A DNA stretch of 64,000 bases from a virus (taxonomy: Duplodnaviria; Heunggongvirae; Uroviricota; Caudoviricetes): the IMG/VR virus record IMGVR_UViG_2778261161_000002; one strand, 5' to 3'. Position 1 is the first letter of the stretch. Each line of letters opens with the position of its first letter. Below the pieces are notes generated by a model. That model worked only from the letters and a program-made list of their open reading frames with translations. It was not told the origin of the DNA and made no database searches. This document shows, piece by piece, positions 38,525 through 48,662 of the stretch. The translations under genes were made by a program, and so were the position numbers.

Positions 38525-38831
38525 AATTACTCCGTGTTAATTTTACCTTTATCGCGAACACCTTTACCGGTTTATCGCCGAAGTGCGGGTGTGTGATTAT
38601 CTTGATTTCATAGCCGTCATACGGAACATCAATTCTGCGGCTGGAATCGTCGCGCTTCGGATATCCCTTTGTGATAATCAGGCGGTCATACTTACGGTTA
38701 ACGAGGCGCTTATTCCAGTAGTCATTACACAGGCGATACTCTTCCGTTTTCTCCCCGCGAATCATGGCATCGAAGTATTCACCTTTAACGGCAAGTTGCA
38801 GGTTAGCCATTACCTCACCTCCAGTCTCCAT
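38511..38831 (-). CDS. ASCH/PUA-like domain protein
   Basis: ANLQLAVKGEYFDAMIRGEKTEEYR pattern. Confidence 0.4.
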   Translation of the reverse strand: METGGEVMANLQLAVKGEYFDAMIRGEKTEEYRLCNDYWNKRLVNRKYDRLIITKGYPKRDDSSRRIDVPYDGYEIKIITHPHFGDKPVKVFAIKVKLTRSNYVAR

Positions 38832-39070
38832 ACCGCCTGACCAATCCGGCTGGCATGGGTATCTTTGGATACTGTTCCGTCTTTAGCCAGCTCCATAAGA
38901 ATTTTGCGCAAATCTGCCGAACGCCATTCTTCATCAGGAAATTCCTTCTCCATTGCCAACCGCAGATTCCAGGTTGCCATCCTGAATGGATATTCCCCGC
39001 CGAGAGCTTTATCTTGCAGGGCAGCCCGGGAACGCATCACCTGCAAAACCTTCTCTTTTACATCCATCAT
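38810..39070 (-). CDS. Hypothetical protein, 86 aa
   Basis: ORF track. Confidence 0.4.
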   Translation of the reverse strand: MMDVKEKVLQVMRSRAALQDKALGGEYPFRMATWNLRLAMEKEFPDEEWRSADLRKILMELAKDGTVSKDTHASRIGQAVWRLEVR

Positions 39071-39987
39071 TCCGCCTCCTGCGGCGGTTCTGGTAGCGGC
39101 ATCCAGTGAGTTACTTTCGATGCCGGTTCTTCCCCATCGTCAGTAACTGCCCACCATTTGTTTCTCGACCAATCGTAATACCCTTCGAAGGTATTGCACT
39201 CAGTCCAGCCGTAAGACTTACCCCAACACCAAACATACTGTTTATCGTTCGGCATTCGCTCACTACAGCTTATCCAACTATCCGGAGTTCCCGGAGAGTT
39301 GCCATTTACATCGAAGTTTGGCTCTGCGTCCTGAACCAGGAGGATGTAACCATTCTTGGCCGTATCAAGTTCTAACGCCTCGGTGACGGTGCCGAAATAG
39401 CGATTACCTAAATCAGCATCACAAGTGCTTACATCAATGGAAACTTCCATGCCTTCGATTAATTCTGGCAAGTTGTAAGTTTGGCTTACAGGTTGGCTAC
39501 CCTGAAGCATGGCAGCGTGGCAGGCTTCATCAACCATAGCTTCTACGTTTTCGAGAAGTACGTAACTGTACTGCTGCCCACTAACCCATTCTTTTCTGCG
39601 AGGTAATGCGCGTGGGTCCGCTACAATGGTTCGCAAACGTTCCAGAACAGCAGGCACTACCGGCTCTACTGCCAACTGACTGGCATATTTGTTAATGGTA
39701 ACGATAAGCTCTTGCTCGGCCTCATCCAGACAATCACCGATACCTCGCCTGTCACCGTCAAAATCATCGAAATCGGCACGAATCCTGGCAACCTCCCGGA
39801 TTGCGGACAACACTTCACCAGGAATAAGCGGAGAGTTGCCCGATAGTACATTCTGCTCCAGTGATGCCAGAGCAATTCGTGCCAGTTCTTCCGCTTCTTC
39901 TGCTGGCAGTACAACGTTGCTACCAGGTCCGTATGTTTCGCGCCACTGCTTGATTGTCAGCAGTCGCTCTTTGGTAATAGTGGTCAT
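39067..39987 (-). CDS. Hypothetical protein, 306 aa
   Basis: ORF track; N-terminal paralogy with 37251..38000. Confidence 0.5.
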   Translation of the reverse strand: MTTITKERLLTIKQWRETYGPGSNVVLPAEEAEELARIALASLEQNVLSGNSPLIPGEVLSAIREVARIRADFDDFDGDRRGIGDCLDEAEQELIVTINKYASQLAVEPVVPAVLERLRTIVADPRALPRRKEWVSGQQYSYVLLENVEAMVDEACHAAMLQGSQPVSQTYNLPELIEGMEVSIDVSTCDADLGNRYFGTVTEALELDTAKNGYILLVQDAEPNFDVNGNSPGTPDSWISCSERMPNDKQYVWCWGKSYGWTECNTFEGYYDWSRNKWWAVTDDGEEPASKVTHWMPLPEPPQEAE

Positions 39988-40428
39988 AGTTAGTTACTCT
40001 CCATAGTCTAATTTAACAAGTCGGCATTTGAGATATCCAAAATTCTCTGGCTTGGCATCTCTTAAATAAAATTCTTCAGGGAGTTTCCCCCTTATTTTTA
40101 ATCTGCATAATTCTGTAAAAAACAACCCCCTATGATTTACAGGCTCACAACGCGGCATTATCACAAACAACCCAATCCTGCTACCTGATATCACAGGACA
40201 TAACGCGGCATCGTTAATTGTCGACATTTGGCGCTCCTGCAAGTTAGCCAGCAAACCATGTAAAAATAGTTTCCATGATTTAAATGTTGGAATTTTTATC
40301 ACGTAATGTCGCAAAACTATTACTACACGCGTTGCACCACGCCGGTTAATATAAGCTCGCCTGAAGTTTGTCACGGTCTAATCTCCACCCTCTGAATCTG
40401 ACAGAGTTCGCGGTGTGTTAACGCCATA

Positions 40429-40926
40429 TCACTCTCCTTTGATGCGAATGCCAGTGGTACTCATTCTCCTGATTTCCCAGAGCACACGAGGAACACCACC
40501 GTTTCCGACCGGATCGCGTTTACTCCGCAGGGCGACGCTTGATTCCGCCCAGCTTTTTCTTGGAGGAAGCTCTTTCACACGAACAAAACCAGCTGCGCGA
40601 AGAGATGCTCCTGATTCATCTGCCTGGGTGTACGTAATACAACGTTGATAACCCATAGCTTTTGCTGCCCGCCAGATAGCACCATAAAGCGCGCTGTTAG
40701 CGTTGCGTTCTCCTGTGGTACATGTGCGATTTACTTCAAGCGTTAATCCATCGTCCAAATGTCGTGCAACAGGTCTACCGGCTGTCGCCACACCTATCAA
40801 TTCTCCGGCATCATTTCTCAGACCAATGCTGAATTTATGCCCCACCGGGGGTTTATTGTGTCGGTGATGTCTGGATATAAACGCCTTCGCAACACGAAGA
40901 GTAACCGGTGAAATCTGCACTCTCAC
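40429..40926 (-). CDS. Hypothetical protein, 165 aa, ends GIRIKGE
   Basis: ORF track; 3' end shares 25-bp direct repeat with next gene. Confidence 0.45.
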   Translation of the reverse strand: MRVQISPVTLRVAKAFISRHHRHNKPPVGHKFSIGLRNDAGELIGVATAGRPVARHLDDGLTLEVNRTCTTGERNANSALYGAIWRAAKAMGYQRCITYTQADESGASLRAAGFVRVKELPPRKSWAESSVALRSKRDPVGNGGVPRVLWEIRRMSTTGIRIKGE

Positions 40927-41399
40927 TCTCCTTTGATGCGAATGCCAGCGGCGCGTGGCACATTAACTTCCACGATGCGCACTGTTGGTTTGTACATCTC
41001 AATTGCTGTCAGCCAGTCAGTTCCTGTCATGCGCTTTTCTGCATCGCCATTAGTCCACTGAACTGGTACACCAATAGCCTTCATCGCGATTTCTATTTCC
41101 CCGGCAATGGCGCTTTTTCCGCAACCAGTAAAACCAGATACAACGACAAGAACTTCGCCTTTTGCTGGTTTTATTTCCCGCGCCTCCACCTCTGCAATTC
41201 GGCACATAGCATCGATATTTGTGTCTTCCTGGCGTTTAACTTCATCCAATAATGCCAACGCGATATCTGGCGAAAAGTGCTTCATAAAATCGTTAAGCGC
41301 ATTAATTCGCTGATCGAAAGGCATTACAGGCGCTTCACCAGCAATTTTTGTTTTTTCAGCAATTTCACGAAGCTTTTGATAGTCAATTTTGTTTGTCAT
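40923..41399 (-). CDS. Hypothetical P-loop-like protein, 158 aa, ends GIRIKGE
   Basis: GFTGCGKS; ORF track. Confidence 0.45.
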   Translation of the reverse strand: MTNKIDYQKLREIAEKTKIAGEAPVMPFDQRINALNDFMKHFSPDIALALLDEVKRQEDTNIDAMCRIAEVEAREIKPAKGEVLVVVSGFTGCGKSAIAGEIEIAMKAIGVPVQWTNGDAEKRMTGTDWLTAIEMYKPTVRIVEVNVPRAAGIRIKGE

Positions 41400-42274
41400 G
41401 CCACTACCTCTTCGAATTTCAACTCCAATTGGTCACCCCAGATTTCACATGATTCGGAACACGAACCAGTATCAAACCGCTTGGCCTGCACCATCGCCTG
41501 ATACAAATTTCTGTAGTCGCTGTCGGCATACATTCTGGCAATCCCGTCAAGCGTCAGGTGACCACGGTACATAACGTCTTTACCTGTTCTGCGATGACCA
41601 TCCCTGACGTGTTTGCCTGTAACCAGTTCATTAAAAACCCGCATCAGACCTGGTTCGTCTTTACATGCAAGCCCCAGCTTTTGCGTTGACTTTTTGATGC
41701 AAAAAACACAGTTCCCGAGGTGCTCCGGGATTTGCAAATCAAAAGGTTGTTTTCGCCACCACCGGATAACATCCGACTTATCAAAATCTGACAGCTCGGC
41801 AAGATACCGGACGCCCGGTTTCGGTTTCAGCCTACGGGGTTCGTCCGCACGAATACCCAGCCATGTGATGTAATTCCCTCGCCCAAAATGGTCATCGCAA
41901 TATTTCGTGAAAGGGGTGAGTTTTAGCCTGTCAGTACAGAACGCGCCGCCGATGTATGGCGTACCGTACTTTTTAACCATGTCCATAAACGGTTTAAGCA
42001 CCGGCATTCGCGTCTGAATATCCTTTGGTTCCCATTCCGTATAACCATTTGGCTGCCCAAGTTCTGGATTTATATCGACCTGCAACACCGTTAGCGGTAC
42101 ATTCCAGAACTTCACAACCTCACGAATAAAGCGATACGTCAGAGGATGTTCACAGCCGGTATCCATAAAAATGAAATGGACGCTAGCGCCAGCTTTTCGC
42201 TGTGCTTCCATCAGATGAACGAGATAAGCCGATGTTCGTCCACCTGAAAAGCTGACGACTTGATGCATACTCAC
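41396..42274 (-). CDS. PAPS reductase-like (PP-loop ATP pyrophosphatase family) protein
   Basis: PP-loop SFSGGRTS near N-terminus; Cys-rich C-terminus. Confidence 0.6.
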   Translation of the reverse strand: MSMHQVVSFSGGRTSAYLVHLMEAQRKAGASVHFIFMDTGCEHPLTYRFIREVVKFWNVPLTVLQVDINPELGQPNGYTEWEPKDIQTRMPVLKPFMDMVKKYGTPYIGGAFCTDRLKLTPFTKYCDDHFGRGNYITWLGIRADEPRRLKPKPGVRYLAELSDFDKSDVIRWWRKQPFDLQIPEHLGNCVFCIKKSTQKLGLACKDEPGLMRVFNELVTGKHVRDGHRRTGKDVMYRGHLTLDGIARMYADSDYRNLYQAMVQAKRFDTGSCSESCEIWGDQLELKFEEVVA

Positions 42275-42277
42275 GGT

Positions 42278-42970
42278 TTATTCCTGAACGCGCTTAAACT
42301 CGATTACCCATACCCACGGGTTAGATAGCCAGTTATCCTGCCCGTAAATACTGCGCCAGATATCACCAAAACCAACGCGATAAACAGCTTCCGGCGGCGT
42401 AATTTTGTACATCGCCGGAGATGCGCCTTCTGCTTTAGCATCTGCCTCGCTCATATCACGCAGCCGTTCCACACGCACGTCGGTAATTTCCAGCAAAATG
42501 CGCGATGCCCAGCGCGGCATGTGAATTGATGGACGCCACCCGCCATCAAATTTTTCATTCACAGTGTGAGGTTTCCAGTCGGCATCATCGGGTATCGACC
42601 ACAAGCCGTAATCACCCGGCTTTTGCTCACAACTGGCCCGATAAATCCTTGCTGCGTTCTTCTCATCGCCACGACAAAGGTTGTCGTTCCAGTCCACACT
42701 GCAACCATCCTCATTGCCTAATATCGCCCACGCCTCACGGACCCATATGCGATCACCAACGTTACCGAACGGGCATAAACCATGTTCAGGTGCATCCATA
42801 ACGTGGGTATAGACACCATTGCGTTTCTTGGTCGGTTTACGGATAACCAGGCAGTTATCGGCCCTGACATTTTTTACAGGTCGGCGAGTCTGCGTCTTCC
42901 TTCCTTCGAGGATGGCCCTGACCATCTCATCGTTAAAAATCATCCCGCGTTCTTTCATTTTTTGATCCAC
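42278..42970 (-). CDS. ASCH-like domain protein, 230 aa
   Basis: MIFNDEMVRAILEGRKTQTRRP. Confidence 0.4.
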   Translation of the reverse strand: MDQKMKERGMIFNDEMVRAILEGRKTQTRRPVKNVRADNCLVIRKPTKKRNGVYTHVMDAPEHGLCPFGNVGDRIWVREAWAILGNEDGCSVDWNDNLCRGDEKNAARIYRASCEQKPGDYGLWSIPDDADWKPHTVNEKFDGGWRPSIHMPRWASRILLEITDVRVERLRDMSEADAKAEGASPAMYKITPPEAVYRVGFGDIWRSIYGQDNWLSNPWVWVIEFKRVQE

Positions 42971-42974
42971 CTCA

Positions 42975-43970
42975 TCAGTTATTGAACGTGATCACTCCGC
43001 GCTCGATGGCGAAGTCGAAAAGCTGGTTAGCTGCTACGTAAAGGCGTATGCCATGTGCTTTTTCCCATGCCCGGACATCGTTTTCTGCGCTTCTGGCGCA
43101 GTCATCGCAAAGAGGAACAGCCCAGCGGTCGTGTTCGTTTAACGAGCGGGCGCGGTACATGAATGGGTGATTAACCTTGCCGCCGCAGCCTACACACGGG
43201 CGAGACACCACAAACCGGAGATAAGCCGGGCTTTTTCCGAGTAAGGTTTTTGGACGGCGCATATATAGGAGGCCAGAATCTTCATCGACGGACAGATTGA
43301 CGATCTGCTCTGCGGAAATATCCACCAGCTCGCGGGTACTATGCTCCCAGGTAATATCCGACTCTTTCAGAGTGCCGGTAGGGATTTCAGTTTTTGGCTG
43401 ACAAAATGCAATGCGACCAGCTTCATCAGGCAGTTCGTCTTTAAGATTCCGGCGAATGGCCCAAAAGGTGAGTTCAACCATGCTCAGATCGCGATCTGGC
43501 GGAAGTTTTAACTCGCTGGCAGCCCAGTTCATAATCCAGTTGGCGCGATTCAGTGACAGTTGGTCTTCCAGCTTGCCGTATCCCTTCATCATGTATTCCG
43601 CATCATGCTTCCAGCACAGGCGAACGGCAGAACCGTTATAGAAATGGGTGGTTAACTGGTGGCTGCAATCGCGCTTATCATGCGCCTGGCAATCGTGAAT
43701 GTTGGTGCTAACCCAGTGAACGAGAGAATCCTCACCACCTAACGCGTTAAATACGCGCTCACTTTGAAAAAAGGGTGCCAGTGACTGGTTGGTAACCAGT
43801 GAATAATTCAGGTCAACGACACCATCAGGGGTGTTTTCAGCCTGTTCACGCGGCAATGGGGATATAAGAAAACGACGTCCTGCGCCGATGTAATTGCTGG
43901 TGGGCTTATCTACAGGAAAGACAGCCACACCAGTTTCATTTACGACATATGGGGTGATTATTGCACTCAT
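42975..43970 (-). CDS. Hypothetical protein with C-terminal Cys cluster, 331 aa
   Basis: CVGCGGKVNHP ... CDDCARS. Confidence 0.45.
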   Translation of the reverse strand: MSAIITPYVVNETGVAVFPVDKPTSNYIGAGRRFLISPLPREQAENTPDGVVDLNYSLVTNQSLAPFFQSERVFNALGGEDSLVHWVSTNIHDCQAHDKRDCSHQLTTHFYNGSAVRLCWKHDAEYMMKGYGKLEDQLSLNRANWIMNWAASELKLPPDRDLSMVELTFWAIRRNLKDELPDEAGRIAFCQPKTEIPTGTLKESDITWEHSTRELVDISAEQIVNLSVDEDSGLLYMRRPKTLLGKSPAYLRFVVSRPCVGCGGKVNHPFMYRARSLNEHDRWAVPLCDDCARSAENDVRAWEKAHGIRLYVAANQLFDFAIERGVITFNN

Positions 43971-44012
43971 AATGCATACCGACTCTGTTTTGTTCCGAGC
44001 GGTAAAATAATA

Positions 44013-44021
44013 TGTTAGAAA
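44013..44021 (-). promoter_or_regulatory. Operator-like motif (copy 10) with inverted partner TTCTAAC at 44034..44041
   Basis: atatGTTAGAAAActaaaatcaatGTTCTAACg. Confidence 0.5.
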
Positions 44022-44068
44022 ACTAAAATCAATGTTCTAACGCATTTTTGAGTGCGTAAGTGATTTGA

Positions 44069-44761
44069 TCAGACTTTAAGCTGCCCTCCCTTCACCTGCA
44101 TTAGCGTCAGATTTCCGCAAAAAACCGCGCCCGTGTCTATGTAGTGCTGATTCCAGTATGCTTTTGGTCTTCGTACCGGTGTGTGCCCAAAGATAAAGCG
44201 ATCTGCGCCTGTAATTTCTCCACCAATGCCATCTATCGAATCACCGACGCGACTGCGCGACCAGACAACATCAAAAAGCGACACATCCTTACCGAACTGG
44301 TACTCTCCACCTGGATAGTCGGCATGGGCTATAACGATAGTTTCATGCCCGGTGTTCAACTCAATGATATATGGCAGACGCTTTACCAGCTCCACCAGCG
44401 CCCTGGCTAATATTTCCTGATCAGCGTCCAGCATGAAGAACCATTGTCCGCCATTCATTAGCCAGTTATTCACGTTGCCATCAGGACTTAACGCATCGAT
44501 CATTAATCGCTCGTGGTTTCCCATAACCGACCGAAACCAGGGCATCTGCAATAGCTCCAGGCATTCAACATTTTCGGTGCCGCGATCGATAAGGTCGCCA
44601 ACCGATATCAGTAAATCCTGCGCCGGGTCAAAATCCACACGATGGAGTTCGGACATCAGTCTGGTGTAGCAACCATGCAGATCACCAACAACCCATATGT
44701 TTCTGTAGCCAGAACCATCAATACGGCTATATAAATTCACTTCATGCATAGCCTGTGTCAT
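44069..44761 (-). CDS. Ser/Thr protein phosphatase (lambda PPase-like metallophosphatase)
   Basis: GDLHGC, GDLIDRG, GNHE motifs. Confidence 0.8.
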   Translation of the reverse strand: MTQAMHEVNLYSRIDGSGYRNIWVVGDLHGCYTRLMSELHRVDFDPAQDLLISVGDLIDRGTENVECLELLQMPWFRSVMGNHERLMIDALSPDGNVNNWLMNGGQWFFMLDADQEILARALVELVKRLPYIIELNTGHETIVIAHADYPGGEYQFGKDVSLFDVVWSRSRVGDSIDGIGGEITGADRFIFGHTPVRRPKAYWNQHYIDTGAVFCGNLTLMQVKGGQLKV

Positions 44762-45069
44762 GCGGCAACCTTCTCACGCAGCCAGATACAAACCGGACCA
44801 TCTTCAGTGTCATGAATAGAGCCAACAAACCAGCCTTCACCCTCTGGTCGCTCCGGTTCCCAGGCGGCAATATCGGGACCAGCTGCGTCCAGATCAAAAT
44901 CATCTTCATCCATACTGCGAATAGTCCACTGAAGATTATTTCCCTTCATCCAGGCGTCAAATTCCTCAGTGGAAATATATTCACGGCCTGCGCAAAACTT
45001 TTCATACTCCGGATGTGTCCAGCAGCCATATTCATCACGTTCTACCGGCATTTCTTTAATTGTGCTCAC
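44758..45069 (-). CDS. Hypothetical protein, 103 aa
   Basis: ORF track; overlapping stops and starts in operon. Confidence 0.4.
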   Translation of the reverse strand: MSTIKEMPVERDEYGCWTHPEYEKFCAGREYISTEEFDAWMKGNNLQWTIRSMDEDDFDLDAAGPDIAAWEPERPEGEGWFVGSIHDTEDGPVCIWLREKVAA

Positions 45070-45290
45070 TCTTCATCCTCCAAATCGGCAACGGCCTCCA
45101 TCACATCAGAACCGCGAATAAACTCAAAAGCACGGCAAGCCATTTCAAACACCTGTTGTTCTTGCGGATGCGGTGACTCCCAATACTTAAAACCAGGTCG
45201 ATGCTCGTAACCCATCATGGAATAAAAATCGCCAGCAAGTTCAATCGCGGCATCAACAAGTTCGCGATTTGTCATCGTCTGTTCTGTCAT
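45066..45290 (-). CDS. Hypothetical protein, 74 aa
   Basis: ORF track. Confidence 0.4.
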   Translation of the reverse strand: MTEQTMTNRELVDAAIELAGDFYSMMGYEHRPGFKYWESPHPQEQQVFEMACRAFEFIRGSDVMEAVADLEDEE

Positions 45291-45562
45291 TTTGTTTTCT
45301 CCTGTCTGAACATCACTATCATCAGGTCGCCTTTTGTCGCTATCCTGGCTGTTGTGCCTGGTTCTATGCGGCTAAGTTCAAATGCGTCATAGAACGCTTC
45401 TAATGCCTTCTGGCGTAGTTCCTGTTTGCGCCGTTTTTTCCACTGTTTTAGGAAAATGGAACCCAGCCATCGCCATGTACTGGACATGATGTAAAGCCAA
45501 CCGAGAAGTGCCAGTCCGGTATTTAGGGCCGTATCGATCGTTATCGTGGTGTCGATATTCAC
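45287..45562 (-). CDS. Small membrane protein, 91 aa
   Basis: LALLGWLYIMSSTWRWLGSIF. Confidence 0.4.
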   Translation of the reverse strand: MNIDTTITIDTALNTGLALLGWLYIMSSTWRWLGSIFLKQWKKRRKQELRQKALEAFYDAFELSRIEPGTTARIATKGDLMIVMFRQEKTK

Positions 45563-45807
45563 TGTGGAGGCTCCTGCTTTTCTGCCTTCAATACCATGCG
45601 AGAACCATCATCCAGCTCCCAATTAATTTCACCGCCTTCAGCCATGACTAGATGCCAAACGAGTTGTGCGGCCTCGTTGGTTACATCGCGACCGCGATCA
45701 TTGCCGACACGACGTTTTGTTCCATCCCCTAAGTCACGCATTTTTGCCAACACGATTGTTTTTGATAGCGGTGAAAAACCAAGCTGTAGTCGTGCTGAAT
45801 TGCTCAC
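45559..45807 (-). CDS. Hypothetical protein, 82 aa
   Basis: ORF track. Confidence 0.4.
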   Translation of the reverse strand: MSNSARLQLGFSPLSKTIVLAKMRDLGDGTKRRVGNDRGRDVTNEAAQLVWHLVMAEGGEINWELDDGSRMVLKAEKQEPPQ

Positions 45808-46568
45808 TGTTTGCCTCCTTTTCCAAGCTGGGCGGCGATATCTTCGAGAACGCCATCAGAGAATGAGCGGTCAAAATCACCTTCCGGCGCATTAGCCATA
45901 AACTCAGTAGAGGTAAGAATCATCCGGGCAATATCCGCGGCGTTCTTCGCAGTATCATCAATAAAACCAGCTTCCCAGGCAGCCAGCATTCTGTTCGCCA
46001 CAAAGTAAGCGCCCTCCTTGCGTGCTTCAGTCTTCACTTCAGCCAGAAAAGCATCGGTGGCTGGTGTTTGCGGCATCCCTCCATCTGTTGCGCAGATATA
46101 CGCATCAGATATTTCATCCTGCTCGCCATCAAACACGTAGCAACTCTGTGCGATAAATTTATTCAGCCCTGCATTCTCCGCCGCCAGCGCCGCGCGATTA
46201 CCCTCCAGCTCTGCAATGCGCTGTTTTGCGGCATCAAGTTCAATCGATAATTTTTCCAACTGCTCTTTATGCTTCTTGTATTCCTGATATGCGTGCCAGG
46301 ACTGACCTTTGCGCACACTATCAGTAATATCAGTAATCTGTTCTGGTGTTAGCGTGGTCAGTGGCTGTGCTGGGAAAATCAGCACTTTCCCGGAATCCCA
46401 ATCAAAACCAGCGTGAATTGACTGAACCTCAACTGAGGGTGTTGAACCAATGCTGCCAGGCGAATGAACAACGATCGTTACATCCATATCGCGACGATGG
46501 CTGTGGTTATTGGACAAAATACGATTCACCAACTCAGAAAATTTGGAGAATTTCATGCGGAGCCTCAA
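45804..46568 (-). CDS. Ead/Ea22-like protein, 254 aa
   Basis: C-terminal TDAFLAEVKTEARKEGAYFVANRMLAAWEAGFID paralogous to ORF 46972. Confidence 0.5.
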   Translation of the reverse strand: MRLRMKFSKFSELVNRILSNNHSHRRDMDVTIVVHSPGSIGSTPSVEVQSIHAGFDWDSGKVLIFPAQPLTTLTPEQITDITDSVRKGQSWHAYQEYKKHKEQLEKLSIELDAAKQRIAELEGNRAALAAENAGLNKFIAQSCYVFDGEQDEISDAYICATDGGMPQTPATDAFLAEVKTEARKEGAYFVANRMLAAWEAGFIDDTAKNAADIARMILTSTEFMANAPEGDFDRSFSDGVLEDIAAQLGKGGKQ

Positions 46569-46975
46569 TATGCAAAATAGACAGTTGCCACACCGTTATA
46601 GTGATCAAACGATACGGCGTTTACTTCATAGCTGGCAGGAAGCTTCGAGCCGAGAACGTATCCGGGCCACGTTTTCCATGGAATTTCTCTACTCTCACTA
46701 TCCCCATATACCGTACATCCAAGTGAACCTACAGCCTCGTCATAACGTTTGCCGCATGTTATGAAACCTATATTTTTCTTGCCGGTCTTAATGGCGATTG
46801 GGTGAACACTAGCTGATGCATTGGCAGCACGCTGTGACTGTTGGTTTGCGATATTCGCAGAGTTCGCAGCAGCTACAGCAGCCGTGGTCGCGGCGGTAGA
46901 TGCCACAATAACTGCTGAAGCCTGCGCCTGTTGGGTAATGGTCAGCAATGCCGCCACAAAAATCATCCTCTTCAC
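46565..46975 (-). CDS. Secreted protein with signal peptide, 136 aa
   Basis: MKRMIFVAALLTITQQAQA. Confidence 0.45.
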   Translation of the reverse strand: MKRMIFVAALLTITQQAQASAVIVASTAATTAAVAAANSANIANQQSQRAANASASVHPIAIKTGKKNIGFITCGKRYDEAVGSLGCTVYGDSESREIPWKTWPGYVLGSKLPASYEVNAVSFDHYNGVATVYFAY

Positions 46976-47475
46976 TTGTCAGCTCCTTTGCGAATCTGTT
47001 CCGCCCATTCTTCAAGGGATTTCTCCGCATATTCACCGGACAGGCCATCAATCGGGTGCGGTTCATTAGCCAACTCTTCTTTCGCTGACAGAATCATGCG
47101 CGTAACGTCGAAAACTTCACGTAAAGACTTATTGATAAATCCGTGGTTGAAAGCAGCAGCAAGACGGCTTGCGGTATAGTTAATCCCCTCGTTGCGAGCC
47201 TCCGCACGAATTTCAGCCAGGAAAGCATCGGTGACTGGCATATTTCCTGTTGCCTTCATGGCCTCCAAAATAACCAGAACGCCATCTCTCCCTGCCACCT
47301 CGCAGATAACCTCGGTGTTGTCGCCAACAACATCGCAGAATGCCTGAACTGCTTTACGAGCAAGTGCATTCTCCGCCGCCAGCGCAGCACACGCTTTCTC
47401 AAGTCGGGAAATTTCCGTTACATACTCAGCGTTACGCTCTGCCAGTTGTGCGGGCGTTAAACCTTCAGACTTCAT
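46972..47475 (-). CDS. Ead/Ea22-like protein, 167 aa
   Basis: TDAFLAEIRAEARNEGINYTASRLAAAFNHGFIN. Confidence 0.5.
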   Translation of the reverse strand: MKSEGLTPAQLAERNAEYVTEISRLEKACAALAAENALARKAVQAFCDVVGDNTEVICEVAGRDGVLVILEAMKATGNMPVTDAFLAEIRAEARNEGINYTASRLAAAFNHGFINKSLREVFDVTRMILSAKEELANEPHPIDGLSGEYAEKSLEEWAEQIRKGADK

Positions 47476-47782
47476 ACACTCTCCTTTCGAAATAAACGTA
47501 CTGATTAATCATGCCCAGGGGCATTTCGAGTTTTTCCGCGATCTCACGGCGGGGAACACCACACTGATGAAGCTGCCGTGCCAGTTCTATATCGCTCTGC
47601 CGGTATTTGGCTGACGGATGAAAGTCTCCTTTCAGAATCATGCTGATCCCCAACTCCCGCGCTTTAGTCCTGACGGCATCACCGGTACGACCGATCAGCT
47701 TCCCAATACTCTCGACCGTCATAGTTCCGGCGCACTGGCGGAGTATCATGATTTCTGCCCTTCCCCATCCCCGCCAGCTCAC
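47465..47782 (-). CDS. Putative HTH DNA-binding protein, 105 aa
   Basis: ORF track; two helix-rich basic segments. Confidence 0.4.
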   Translation of the reverse strand: MSWRGWGRAEIMILRQCAGTMTVESIGKLIGRTGDAVRTKARELGISMILKGDFHPSAKYRQSDIELARQLHQCGVPRREIAEKLEMPLGMINQYVYFERRVYEV

Positions 47783-48417
47783 GCAGAACTCCTTCTAACC
47801 AAAAGAACGCCATCTTCAGAAACAACGTTGCAGGACTTCAGGTAATTCATTGCCTCTTTCGGTAATGGATTCTTTGGATCGGCGTTTGCCAGGGATTTCG
47901 ATAACCTCATGATAAATTTGATCATTACCTTCTGGCGGAGCTTGTGCTCATGAGATAAAGAAAGGTAATAGGAAATGGTATGGGCTAAACGCTCACGAAG
48001 CTGTTCTGTGCCGTGATATACAGCAGCGATATCACGCAGTGCATTGACCAGTTCCCGGTAAATATGCGGAGCAACCTGGCATTCAATGTTGGTTGGTGAC
48101 TCATAAATTACAGTCAGCCCCAGCTTTTCAGCCAGCGCGTGCTCTGCACGAGCACCAACCGATTCTTCCCATCGATTGAGCAAATAAATCGCATCAGCAG
48201 AACGCACCATTGCCAGGCAAATATCCATGTATTCACTCTGGCAAAGGCCACCAGGTAACACCGCTGGATTCAGAACGATATGCCCTTCAGCCATCAGCTC
48301 GCTCGCTTTCGCATTAAACGCCGCACGGTTGTAATCTGGATAACCAGTCATCGGCCCCGCGATGTAAATTTTCAAAACACGTTTCACCATCAAAATTTCC
48401 CCAAAATCGTGACGCAA
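47779..48417 (-). CDS. DUF4406-like (nucleoside 2-deoxyribosyltransferase-like) domain protein
   Basis: KIYIAGPMTGYPDYN ... HIVLNP. Confidence 0.45.
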   Translation of the reverse strand: MRHDFGEILMVKRVLKIYIAGPMTGYPDYNRAAFNAKASELMAEGHIVLNPAVLPGGLCQSEYMDICLAMVRSADAIYLLNRWEESVGARAEHALAEKLGLTVIYESPTNIECQVAPHIYRELVNALRDIAAVYHGTEQLRERLAHTISYYLSLSHEHKLRQKVMIKFIMRLSKSLANADPKNPLPKEAMNYLKSCNVVSEDGVLLVRRSSA

Positions 48418-48584
48418 AACATAAGCACTGCGAAAAGCTCAATACCAAGTTCAAGTAGCGCCAACGCCCCGAAAAACAACACATAGAACAGGCCAATCTC
48501 ATTCACAGATGGCTGGTGGATCGCACTTAAAGCTATAAGCATCATGTCCTCCAAACAGTTATCAGGAATGATATTAATGTTTTG

Positions 48585-48593
48585 TGTTAGAAA
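48585..48593 (-). promoter_or_regulatory. Operator-like motif (copy 11), promoter region of leftward operon
   Basis: tttgTGTTAGAAAAtcaa. Confidence 0.5.
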
Positions 48594-48662
48594 ATCAATT
48601 TTGAATATCTAACTGTTTTGATCAATCATAGAAAAATAGCTGAAAAGTAAGAGGCAGCCATC

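Noticed and set aside
39994-40374. 126-aa minus-strand ORF in the 440-bp gap between operon segments
   Set aside because: Could be real, but it sits in a likely promoter region, has no clear ribosome-binding site and no recognisable motif; left unannotated.
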